Shown here piece after piece: positions 9,809 through 18,714 of a stretch of 64,000 nucleotides of DNA. Location: contig CAZUHV010000003.1 in the NCBI GenBank assembly GCA_964620965.1, positions 98,093 to 162,092 on the forward strand, written 5' to 3'. How positions within the stretch are numbered: position 1 is the stretch's first letter; every line of letters begins with the position of its first letter. Made by a program: the position numbers and the translations under genes. The stretch is from an uncultured Pseudomonadales bacterium. Lineage in GTDB: Bacteria; Patescibacteriota; Microgenomatia; UBA1400; PJMF01. A model generated the notes under the pieces. That model was given only the letters and a program-made list of their open reading frames with translations, did not search any database and was not told where the DNA came from.

Positions 9809-11179
9809 ATGACAGAAACAAACTCTGGCAATGGAGCCAAAACAGTAATAGTTAGTAGTTCTAAGGTAGAAACAAACACAATGCCTGAAACAAACCAAAC
9901 AATAAGTAATCAAGAGGAAACACCAAAAGTAAAGCCAGTTCGTGTAGCTAAAACAGCAAAAAGTATCCCAGTTGTTCCTCTCAATAAAAACGGAAAATCA
10001 AACACTATCTCTGATTTTTCATCAGAGGAAAAAGGTAGAAAGTCAGATAACACAAAAGAGCTGACTGGATTTTTAGACACCTCAAGAGATGGACATGGAG
10101 TGATTCGTGTCACTTTAAGGGGTGAAGACGAAATGGATGCATATATTGCAACCTCTCAGATTAAAAAACTTAACTTAAGGTCTGGCGACATGGTCACTGG
10201 TCCTGCTAGAGAACCAAAAGAAAACGAACGTTTTTGGGGAATGGTAAAAGTTGATAAAGTGAATGGGCTTGAACTAGAAGAGTTTAGAAGACAACAAAGA
10301 GTTAAATTCCATAAACTTACTCCTGTGTATCCAGACTCTCAAATTAAACTAGAAATGGGAGCAGAACCTTTAGATTTAAGAGTTATAGATATGGTTGCTC
10401 CAATTGGAAAAGGACAAAGAAGTTTGATTGTTTCTCCTCCAAAGGCTGGTAAAACAACACTTTTAAAGAATATTGCCTCTGGTGTGGCAAAAAATCACCC
10501 AGAAATTCACATAATGGCAGTTCTTGTTGGTGAACGCCCAGAAGAAGTTACCGATATCAGTAGACATATAGACAGAATTACTAATGGAAAAGGTGAAGTT
10601 GCAGCAAGCAACTTTGACGAATCTGCAAAAGATCAATGTAGAGTTGCAGAGCTAGCACTCGAAAGAGCAAAGCGTTTAGTAGAAGAAGGTAAAGATGTTT
10701 TAATTCTTTTAGACTCTATTACCAGACTTGCTCGTGCGTATAACTTGGCTATTCCAACTTCTGGAAGAACTCTTTCTGGTGGGTTTGACCCAGCAGCATT
10801 GTTCCCACCAAAGAAATTCTTTGGTGCAGCTCGTAACTTTGAAATTCAAGGAAGTCTCACTATTGTTGGTACAGCTCTTGTAGAGACTGGTTCTAGAATG
10901 GATGATCTTGTATACGAAGAATTCAAGGGAACTGGTAACCAAGAAGTACATTTAGACAGAAGATTAGCTGAAAGAAGAATTTTCCCAGCGATTGATGTTC
11001 AAAGATCTGGTACAAGAAGAGACGACTTATTGATTACAGGCATGGAGTATCAACAAATTATGACTCTTCACAGAATGCTTGATATGCTTGATAAAGAACA
11101 AAGAACTCAAACAATGATTGATAACCTCAAGAAAACCAAGAGCAACAAAGAGTTCCTCGCTTCCTTGAAGAATGGGTAG
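9809..11179 (+). CDS. rho: Transcription termination factor Rho
   Basis: [57 protein letters not shown]. Low-complexity N-terminal extension. Confidence 0.98.
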   Translation: MTETNSGNGAKTVIVSSSKVETNTMPETNQTISNQEETPKVKPVRVAKTAKSIPVVPLNKNGKSNTISDFSSEEKGRKSDNTKELTGFLDTSRDGHGVIRVTLRGEDEMDAYIATSQIKKLNLRSGDMVTGPAREPKENERFWGMVKVDKVNGLELEEFRRQQRVKFHKLTPVYPDSQIKLEMGAEPLDLRVIDMVAPIGKGQRSLIVSPPKAGKTTLLKNIASGVAKNHPEIHIMAVLVGERPEEVTDISRHIDRITNGKGEVAASNFDESAKDQCRVAELALERAKRLVEEGKDVLILLDSITRLARAYNLAIPTSGRTLSGGFDPAALFPPKKFFGAARNFEIQGSLTIVGTALVETGSRMDDLVYEEFKGTGNQEVHLDRRLAERRIFPAIDVQRSGTRRDDLLITGMEYQQIMTLHRMLDMLDKEQRTQTMIDNLKKTKSNKEFLASLKNG

Positions 11180-11209
11180 CTCTTAGCTATACTTAACTTT
11201 GAATATTTT

Positions 11210-12322
11210 GTGATGGTAAAGATAACGTTACGATTACGAGCTCCTCAGGTGATAAAAGATATCTCTGCATATCTTACTTTCTTGAAGTGGTATTTCCGAA
11301 GTAGAGTATACAAATGGTTCTCAAAGTTTGAAGTTTTTAAAGATTATCTAGTCGATATGTTATATAAAAAGAGAGGAAAATATGTTCGTCCTTTCTTACA
11401 TTTTGGCACTATTGGGCTTATCTTTTTTGCTATTACAGTTGGTCCCGTTATTTTTACTTCTAATAATGAAAAGCAAGAGGCTTCAAGTAACGTTCTAAGT
11501 TCTACTGTGTATGGTTCTGATTTCTTGACCAAACAAGCAGAAGAAGTGCGTCAATTTAGAGGTGGTGAGATTATTACTCATATTGTTGGAGAGGGCGAAA
11601 CGATTTCGAGTATTGCGGAACTCTATGGTTTGCAACAAGATACAGTGCTCTGGGAAAATGGTTTATCTGCTACAAGTAAGATTAAACCAGGAGATGAATT
11701 GCGAATTTTGCCAATTGATGGTGTTCGACACAAAGTTACTCGAGGTGAAACCATTTATTCAATTGGAAAAAAATATAAACTTGATGAAGCTCAAGTCCAG
11801 GTGATTGTTGACTATCCATTTAACGAATTTTTAAATGATGAGACCTTTGAGTTGGCAACTGGACAGTATGTCATGGTTCCTGATGGTGTGAAGGCTGCGG
11901 TTTCTACTCAACCAGTTACAAGAACTGTGTATACAACTCCAGACGCAGGTGCAGTTACAGCTTCTGGTTCTTTTGTATGGCCAGCATCAGGAAGAATTAC
12001 TCAAGGGTACAGGTTCTATCACAAGGCATGGGATATCGCAAACGGTGGTGGTGGTCCTATTCTTGCAGCAGATGCAGGCACTGTTGTTGCAGCAGGTTGG
12101 GATGCATCTGGATATGGTAACAAAGTTGTTATAGATCATGGCAATGGATTCCTCACTTTGTATGCACACCAAAGTGTACTTCAAGTTCAAGTTGGCCAAA
12201 GAGTTAATCGTGGTGATGTGATCGGACAAATGGGAAGCACAGGACGTTCAACAGGTACTCACTTGCACTTTGAAATTCGACAAGGGGGTGTGTTACTCGA
12301 TCCGGGCAATTTCCTCAGGTAA
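11210..12322 (+). CDS. Membrane-anchored LysM + M23 metallopeptidase
   Basis: TM helix, two LysM repeats (HIVGEGETISSIA, HKVTRGETIYSIG), HKAWD and HLHFEIR M23 motifs. Confidence 0.92.
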   Translation: MMVKITLRLRAPQVIKDISAYLTFLKWYFRSRVYKWFSKFEVFKDYLVDMLYKKRGKYVRPFLHFGTIGLIFFAITVGPVIFTSNNEKQEASSNVLSSTVYGSDFLTKQAEEVRQFRGGEIITHIVGEGETISSIAELYGLQQDTVLWENGLSATSKIKPGDELRILPIDGVRHKVTRGETIYSIGKKYKLDEAQVQVIVDYPFNEFLNDETFELATGQYVMVPDGVKAAVSTQPVTRTVYTTPDAGAVTASGSFVWPASGRITQGYRFYHKAWDIANGGGGPILAADAGTVVAAGWDASGYGNKVVIDHGNGFLTLYAHQSVLQVQVGQRVNRGDVIGQMGSTGRSTGTHLHFEIRQGGVLLDPGNFLR

Positions 12323-12393
12323 TATATACTTTTAGTGGTATAATACTATCCTATATATCAATAAAAATAAGTAAAGAATAAGAAAAGTATTCA

Positions 12394-13629
12394 ATGATTG
12401 ATTTAGTTAAACTCATATTAGTTGCAGGAGACGGTGGACGTGGACGCGTTTCTTTTTTGCGTCTTCGAAAAGTTCCTAAAGGTGGTCCAGACGGTGGAGA
12501 CGGAGGAAACGGTGGGCACGTTATTATTCGTGGAAACAAAAATTTAGCTACACTCAAGCATTTTCAAGGTAAAGTTTTGTATGAAGCAAATGATGGAGTT
12601 GCCGGAGATAAGCGCAAAAAGATTGGTGCAAAAGGAGAGTCTTTAATTTTAGAGGTGCCAATTGGAACTAGTATCGGAGTTGTTGCAGAGAATGATATCG
12701 CAAAGAAGAGAAGAACCTTTGTTGGAATCAATACGTTGCTCAAACGAGATGCTGTTCGCATGCAGAAATTTCATCTTGAAAGAGAAGGTGCTCAAATTCC
12801 AGAACAGTATTACCAAACCCTCCAGGTTCTTGGAACAGACGAGGAAGTAGAACCAGACGTTCAAGAAATCTTGCAAGCAACAAAAAAGGTTGAGCCAACA
12901 ATTGTTGCCGAAATAACAGAAGATGGTCAAGAAATTGTTATTTGTCAGGGTGGTTTTGGGGGAAGAGGAAACGAACGTTTTAAATCTTCAATCAATACAA
13001 CTCCTTTAGAAGCAGAGTTTGGATCAGAAGGTGAAAAGCGAGCAGTTGTTTTAGAGCTTAAGCTCTTAGCAGATGTTGGGCTTGTCGGCTTCCCAAATGC
13101 TGGAAAAAGCACTTTTTTGTCTGTTGTTACTAAAGCTCGACCAAAGATTGCAAACTACCCATTTACAACGATAGAACCAAATTTAGGGGTTATTACCTAT
13201 GATGATGCAGGTGAAGATGGACTCAACGAACTTGTTGTTGCAGATATTCCTGGTTTGATAGAAGGCGCAAGTGAAGGCAAAGGTTTGGGTCATGACTTTT
13301 TAAGACATGTTGAGAACACAAGAGTGTTGATGTTTGTGCTTGCTCTTGATGAAACTGAAGCTTTTGATACAACCATTACAGATTCAGATAGAGCAGAGTT
13401 ACTCGTGGATCAGTTTAATAAATTAAAGTTAGAGCTTGAAAAACATAGTAATCTTTTAGAAGACAAGAATTATTTAGTTACGATCAATAAATCTGATTTT
13501 TATTCTCCAGAGTTAATTGAAGTAATCAAAAAACGATTCGAAGCAGAGTCAGTAGTTGTACATTTCTTTTCTGGAGCAACTCAAACAGGGTTATCAGAAA
13601 TAAAAGCAGAGCTTCGCAAGTTAGTTTAA
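12394..13629 (+). CDS. obgE: GTPase ObgE/CgtA with an internal insertion
   Basis: Gly-rich Obg fold GGPDGGDGGNGG, G1 GFPNAGKST, YPFTT, DIPG, NKSD. Confidence 0.96.
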   Translation: MIDLVKLILVAGDGGRGRVSFLRLRKVPKGGPDGGDGGNGGHVIIRGNKNLATLKHFQGKVLYEANDGVAGDKRKKIGAKGESLILEVPIGTSIGVVAENDIAKKRRTFVGINTLLKRDAVRMQKFHLEREGAQIPEQYYQTLQVLGTDEEVEPDVQEILQATKKVEPTIVAEITEDGQEIVICQGGFGGRGNERFKSSINTTPLEAEFGSEGEKRAVVLELKLLADVGLVGFPNAGKSTFLSVVTKARPKIANYPFTTIEPNLGVITYDDAGEDGLNELVVADIPGLIEGASEGKGLGHDFLRHVENTRVLMFVLALDETEAFDTTITDSDRAELLVDQFNKLKLELEKHSNLLEDKNYLVTINKSDFYSPELIEVIKKRFEAESVVVHFFSGATQTGLSEIKAELRKLV

Positions 13630-13725
13630 AGTTTGATTTTCAATAGTATTGAAGGCTTGGACCCACAAAAGTTTTACATCTTGCATACCAGCTCCTTTCC
13701 TTCGAAAAGGAGGGTCTGCAATAAT

Positions 13726-13757
13726 AAAAAACCCGCCTTTCGGCGGGTCTTTCTTTT
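13726..13757. terminator. Bidirectional intrinsic terminator between convergent obgE and the TPR gene
   Basis: A-run, ACCCGCC-tttc-GGCGGGT hairpin, T-rich tail. A second hairpin lies just upstream at 13681-13721. Confidence 0.8.
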
Positions 13758-13800
13758 GTAATTCAAATTTAGAATTATGTTTTTGAGTTATTTCCCAAAA

Positions 13801-15912
13801 TTAGTTAGCTTGTTCTTCAGCTGGTGGTTGCTGTGTAGGAAGGTTCTCTACTGGAACAGGCTCTGATTCTGGGGTAATAGTATCAGCATTGTTCAAGTTT
13901 TGCTCTGTGATAGAAGGAGTTTTTACACTATTTTCATCTTCAAGCTCACCTGAAAGCGGAGTCTGACCATTTCCTTGAGTTTGCTCTGTTGTTTCAGGCT
14001 CTAAGCTGATCTTGTTTTCTTCCATGTATTTTTCAAGTTCTGCAATTCTGTTAGTAACTGCAGTGTAGTCTTCGCTGTCTGCAGGCAAGAGTACGAGAGT
14101 TCTTTGGAAAGAAAGTCTTGCTTCTCTGAGTGCATCTGGAGTGTTAACGAGTACAAGCATTTCACCTCTTCTGTAGTGAGAGATTGCCAAATCAGCTTTT
14201 AAGTTGATTGCTTGATCATAAATTCCAAGTGCTTGTTGATACGCTTCTTGTCCTACAAAGACTGCTGCTAAGTCTAATCTAAGAAGAGGATCTGTTGGAT
14301 TAGTCTCAATAGCGGTAACATAAGATTGAACAGTCCAGTTAACAGCATCCTCGCTGACACCTATTAAGTTGTTGTAGACTTGCGCAAGATTTGTCCAGTT
14401 CTGTGAATCTGCACCATCTAGTGTTGTTGCAGCTCTTGCTTCTGTAACACTTTGTTGTAACAGTGCTGAAACTTGTTGTTTCTCGTTTTCTGTGATGTCT
14501 GCTTTGTTAGAGAGAGCAATAGCAATTAACGCACTTGTTGCAGAATATCTTCTTCTAAAGACATCATAGTAAGGGTTAATTGTAACAGCTTTTTGCTGGA
14601 GCTCATATGCTTTTACAATATCGTTGTTAGCAATTGCTCTCGAAGAATCAGCCATAACAATGTTTGCTTGAAGAGTTCTTGCAGCTAAATATCCAACTCC
14701 CAAAACACCAACTAATGCGATCCCTGTACCAATATAGAAAGGAATGTTCATTGGGTTTTTTCTCTCGCTTAAAGTTTCTGGCTTGTTAAGCATTTTAAAC
14801 TTAAGTGCATGCATTTGAAGTAATGGAAGTCTGTGTTTTTCATTTGCAACTAAACATGCGAGTGCAATTGCTTGCAAGGTAAGCATGATTGTGTTGAATG
14901 GTAACACTAAGTTAAGCAAGAAAGAGAAAATAATGAAAACTCCGATTGCTTTACTACCAACGAGTGAGTTTTTATGGAACTTGAATGATTTTAGCACTAC
15001 AAGTACCCAAGCAACTAATCCAAAAATACCCATTGTTGTAACTAAACTGAGAGGCATGTTTGCACCTTGTGAAAACACAACTGCCCAGTTATTTGTACCA
15101 TTCATCCAAACAGGTTTAAAGATTTGGTATGCATTTCTGTATGAACTAACACCTGCTCCAATTAAAGCTGATTTTGGTGCTCTAATTGTGTCGAGCATAA
15201 TTGACCAGCTAGTTGCGAATGGAGGAAGCGTAAGAGCTGTTTCTTTTCCTGGAAGGAGATTCCATGCAAAAATACCTGCTCCAATTACGAGTACTGGAAG
15301 TGTTACTGCAAAGAATTTGCTCAGTTTTTTTGTTGATACAACATGTACAAGAACAGTGATGAGTGTGAGCCCAACAACTTGTAGCGCAATAAATGGAGAA
15401 CCAGCAATGTTAAAACTCATTGAGGTTGGTAATGCAGCTCCGAGTGCTTTATTGATCATTTGAGCAGGTCCAAATCCAACCATTTGTAGAACAGTTAAAA
15501 GAGTTAAGCCGACGGATGATCCTGTTAACATGTACAAGAATTTTTCTGTACTGTCTTTTGGCATAATGTTTCCACCTAAAAGAGCTATTACAGAAGTTGC
15601 AAGGAAAACTCCACCAAGACCTAATAGGCCTTCAACAGGATAGTCTGCAGTAAAGAAAGTTGAAGCAAGTGTTGCAATAGCAAAAAGCACAAGCATTCCA
15701 GAAACGGGACTAACTGAAACTCTTACAGCTCTTTCTTTAAAAGTTTTAGCAACAAACAAGAGAAGCACAAGAATTGCTCCAAAAACTAAAGTGTAAAACT
15801 TAGTATGCTCAATAAAACTATCTGTAACTGGTACTACTAGGAGAGTAGAAAGTACTCCTATAGCCAGGACAGAAACAAGCGATACTTTTTTGAAAAGTGA
15901 ATCTGTATTCAT
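13801..15912 (-). CDS. Polytopic membrane protein with C-terminal TPR repeats (O-antigen-ligase/oligosaccharyltransferase-like architecture)
   Basis: About 11-12 hydrophobic segments, LIGAG loop motif, TPR-like helices (AVTINPY, AIETNPTDP, AINLKAD), acidic tail. Confidence 0.7.
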   Translation of the reverse strand: MNTDSLFKKVSLVSVLAIGVLSTLLVVPVTDSFIEHTKFYTLVFGAILVLLLFVAKTFKERAVRVSVSPVSGMLVLFAIATLASTFFTADYPVEGLLGLGGVFLATSVIALLGGNIMPKDSTEKFLYMLTGSSVGLTLLTVLQMVGFGPAQMINKALGAALPTSMSFNIAGSPFIALQVVGLTLITVLVHVVSTKKLSKFFAVTLPVLVIGAGIFAWNLLPGKETALTLPPFATSWSIMLDTIRAPKSALIGAGVSSYRNAYQIFKPVWMNGTNNWAVVFSQGANMPLSLVTTMGIFGLVAWVLVVLKSFKFHKNSLVGSKAIGVFIIFSFLLNLVLPFNTIMLTLQAIALACLVANEKHRLPLLQMHALKFKMLNKPETLSERKNPMNIPFYIGTGIALVGVLGVGYLAARTLQANIVMADSSRAIANNDIVKAYELQQKAVTINPYYDVFRRRYSATSALIAIALSNKADITENEKQQVSALLQQSVTEARAATTLDGADSQNWTNLAQVYNNLIGVSEDAVNWTVQSYVTAIETNPTDPLLRLDLAAVFVGQEAYQQALGIYDQAINLKADLAISHYRRGEMLVLVNTPDALREARLSFQRTLVLLPADSEDYTAVTNRIAELEKYMEENKISLEPETTEQTQGNGQTPLSGELEDENSVKTPSITEQNLNNADTITPESEPVPVENLPTQQPPAEEQAN

Positions 15913-16094
15913 GTCGTTTCCCGTCTGTACTATTTTACTTACATTTATTCAACCTCCATTTAATCAAGTTATGAGTGAGTTGTAAAGGGTAGTATTTACT
16001 GGTAATTTTTGCAGTTTTTGCGGTTAATTATTATGGGATTTTAAGCTATTTTCGCAAATTAAGTTCTAGCTTTGCATATAGTAGTGTAGTATAA

Positions 16095-16757
16095 ATGTAC
16101 TATATGAACAAAAGACAGAAAAAATCGGGTCTTTCAATGATTGAAATCTTGATTGTTACTGCTGTCATTGGTGTTTTAATTCTTGCTGCGCTTTCTATAC
16201 TTCCACAACAGATAAATAAGAGTCGAGATGGCAGAAGAAAGAGTGATTTACAAAAGATAAAAATAGCATTTGAAAACTATTTTAGTGATAATGACTGTTA
16301 TCCAGACCCAGATATTTTAAATAATTGCGGAGGCACTGATTTACAACCTTATTTAGCAAGCATTCCCTGTGATCCACAAACTAAAACAAGATATTTATAT
16401 GCCCCAGAAGAAGTGAGTTGTCCTCATTACTATAGAGTATATGCAAATCTTGAGATTGACGTTGACCCAGTTATAACAGAGCTTGGATGTAACTTAGCAG
16501 GAGGTTGTGGGGCATACGCATTTTTTGGTGAAGAAATAGGAAGTGATGCGTTTGACTATAACTATGGAGTTTCCGAAGGGGTCCCGGTTGCTAACCAAGA
16601 AGGATCTGTGCCGCCGGGAACACAAGGATATTGTTGCCAAGTTATGGGTGATCAATGTAATGTTTGGACTCAAGGAGATGGTGTTTGTAATTTAGGATTT
16701 TACTTTACTCAGCCTGAATGTAATGCGGGATGTGGTTTTAGTGGAGAAATGAATTAA
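16095..16757 (+). CDS. Type IV pilin/pseudopilin with Cys-rich C-terminus
   Basis: Prepilin cleavage motif G-LSMIEILIV, RDGRRKSDL helix, multiple Cys. Confidence 0.9.
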   Translation: MYYMNKRQKKSGLSMIEILIVTAVIGVLILAALSILPQQINKSRDGRRKSDLQKIKIAFENYFSDNDCYPDPDILNNCGGTDLQPYLASIPCDPQTKTRYLYAPEEVSCPHYYRVYANLEIDVDPVITELGCNLAGGCGAYAFFGEEIGSDAFDYNYGVSEGVPVANQEGSVPPGTQGYCCQVMGDQCNVWTQGDGVCNLGFYFTQPECNAGCGFSGEMN

Positions 16758-16760
16758 TAT

Positions 16761-17324
16761 ATGAAAGCTAAAAAAATAAACTCAGTTAAGAATAAAAAAA
16801 TTTTTGGTTTTACGATGATTGAGTTGCTTATTGTGATTGTCATTATGGGAATTTTATCCGCAATTGGGCTTGGTACTTTTACGTCATCGCAGATGAAAGC
16901 AAGAGATAGTAAAAGAAAATCAGACTTAAGGACAATAGGTGATGCGCTTGAGGTGTATTACAATGATCTAGGTTCTTATCCACTTTCTGATGGTAATGGG
17001 GGAATACTTGGCTGTGGAGTCGATGCAGCAGAACTTTGTTCTGGTGGAACTATATGGCAAAACACTACTAACTCAACTACCTATATGGTTCAAATGCCCG
17101 AAGATCCAAGTGGAGGAAAATATTACTATATTTCTGATGGAAGTTACTATCAGATTTATGCCAACCTAGAGAATGATCAAGATAGAGATGTTCCTAAAGA
17201 TGTTGATGATAACCCGTTGAGCTATGATAACCCTGAGGCCGAATCAGGAAATGATGCTTGTACGATTGGCGATTGTAATTACGGAAAAAGCAGTACAAAT
17301 ATTGATTTAGGAACTACATTCTAA
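16761..17324 (+). CDS. Type IV pilin/pseudopilin
   Basis: G-FTMIELLIVIVIMGILS, ARDSKRKSDL, YYND...YP. Confidence 0.92.
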   Translation: MKAKKINSVKNKKIFGFTMIELLIVIVIMGILSAIGLGTFTSSQMKARDSKRKSDLRTIGDALEVYYNDLGSYPLSDGNGGILGCGVDAAELCSGGTIWQNTTNSTTYMVQMPEDPSGGKYYYISDGSYYQIYANLENDQDRDVPKDVDDNPLSYDNPEAESGNDACTIGDCNYGKSSTNIDLGTTF

Positions 17325-17364
17325 TCCAAGTAGTGCCGGTCACATCTTTTTGTTAAGGAGAAAT

Positions 17365-17853
17365 ATGAAGAAAAGCAGAGCACAGTTTAGTAAAGGTTTT
17401 ACTTTGATAGAGCTATTAGTTGTTATAGCCATTATCGGTGTTTTGACAGCTGTACTCCTTGTTAACTTAGTTGGGATTCGTGAAAGAGGAGCAGACACTA
17501 AGAAAAAAGCAGACCTCAATCAACTTAAGAATGCCTTGAGGTTGTATTACAACGATTATCAGGCCTATCCAAGTGCTTCTGGTCCAAGTGCTTCTGGCGG
17601 GATACTTATGGGTTGTACAGATGGTACAAGTGCTTGTGCACAAGTAGGTGGAAGTTCCCTAACCAATGCTTCTGGGACAGTGTACATGAAGGAAGTTCCA
17701 GAATATGTTGAATATTCTGTTGGGGCAGGTAGTGAAACTTTTTATGTTGGAGTTACTTTGAGTAATCCATCAGATCCAGAAGCAGCTGCGAGTGGTTCAA
17801 AATGTGGAGTAGGAGTACCTACAGAAGGTGTATTCTACGTTTGTACGGACTAG
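17365..17853 (+). CDS. Type IV pilin/pseudopilin
   Basis: G-FTLIELLVVIAIIGVL. ATG 17365 is preceded by an AAGGAG Shine-Dalgarno (the ORF track starts at 17350). Confidence 0.92.
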   Translation: MKKSRAQFSKGFTLIELLVVIAIIGVLTAVLLVNLVGIRERGADTKKKADLNQLKNALRLYYNDYQAYPSASGPSASGGILMGCTDGTSACAQVGGSSLTNASGTVYMKEVPEYVEYSVGAGSETFYVGVTLSNPSDPEAAASGSKCGVGVPTEGVFYVCTD

Positions 17854-17978
17854 GTTATTTTGTATAAACAGAAACTTTATTATTGGTGATTATCGCAACC
17901 AGTGTTTGAACATTCTCCAAGAATATTGATGACTCCAGGAACGTTATTTGTTGAGAGAGTGTAACTTTTCTCTTACAA

Positions 17979-18006
17979 TTTGACATAAAGACATATTTAT
18001 GTCAAA
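17979..18006. promoter_or_regulatory. Palindromic operator overlapping the promoter of the TA operon
   Basis: TTTGACATAAA-gacata-TTTATGTCAAA perfect 11-bp inverted repeat, containing TTGACA-17bp-CAAAAT. Confidence 0.75.
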
Positions 18007-18018
18007 ATAACCGGCAAT

Positions 18019-18243
18019 ATGCAACTCACAAGAACTACTATCCGTTTACAAAAGCCACTACAAATTGCTGCCAAAAAAAAGGCAGAAGAGTTAGACATTT
18101 CTTTTCAAACATTATTGACTCGAGCACTTGAAGCATATTTATCCGATGTAAGCAAAAAGAAAGCTACAGAGATTATTTTCAAAGGTAAGAACATAGGGGC
18201 AAACTTAGACAACCTTACTAGAGAAGATATATATGCTGATTGA
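18019..18243 (+). CDS. Antitoxin, ribbon-helix-helix (VapB-like)
   Basis: RTTIRL strand plus helices (AKKKAEELDISFQTLLTRALEAYL). Overlaps the downstream PIN gene. Confidence 0.8.
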   Translation: MQLTRTTIRLQKPLQIAAKKKAEELDISFQTLLTRALEAYLSDVSKKKATEIIFKGKNIGANLDNLTREDIYAD

Positions 18244-18658
18244 CACAAACATTCTAGTATACTCACTAAATTATGGCTCATCAAAGAGTGATGTAGCACG
18301 AGAGTTCATTAAAAACATTGTAAGAAACTCTAATACAGTCCCAGTTATTGCACATCAAAATGTTTTCGAGTTTTTAAGAGTTGTTACTCATAAAAAATAT
18401 CCAAACAGATTTTCAATAGCACAAGCTATTAGTGCATTAGAACCAATTAAAGATACCATTAAAATAATTTATCCAACAAAAGAAACACAGGATATTGCTT
18501 TGGCGCTGATTCAAAAATACTCGGTCGCTGGAAGCGAGGTATTCGATGCTTATTTGGTTGCAACTGCTTTGAGTAATGACTGTTTTGAAATTGCAACAGA
18601 CAACGAAAAACACTTAGGTAAATATCAAGAAATACAAGTTGTTAATCCGTTTAAATGA
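18233..18658 (+). CDS. vapC: PIN-domain toxin (VapC family)
   Basis: MLIDTNILVY...EFLRVVT...FDAYLVATAL...IATDNEKH carry the PIN acidic residues. Confidence 0.88.
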   Translation: MLIDTNILVYSLNYGSSKSDVAREFIKNIVRNSNTVPVIAHQNVFEFLRVVTHKKYPNRFSIAQAISALEPIKDTIKIIYPTKETQDIALALIQKYSVAGSEVFDAYLVATALSNDCFEIATDNEKHLGKYQEIQVVNPFK

Positions 18659-18714
18659 GTTTTAGCAAGTGGTTTTTTGGATAATTAAGCAATATTAAGT
18701 TTAGATTTATAGAA

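Noticed and set aside
9422-9812. Short ORFs 9422..9655 (-) and 9609..9812 (+)
   Set aside because: No protein-like features. The region is better explained as a structured rho leader.
14885-15463. 192-aa + strand ORF, and the many 60-184-aa ORFs antisense to or nested in the fibre, atp, leuS and WxL genes
   Set aside because: They lie wholly within well-supported genes, have no motifs, and are expected from codon bias.
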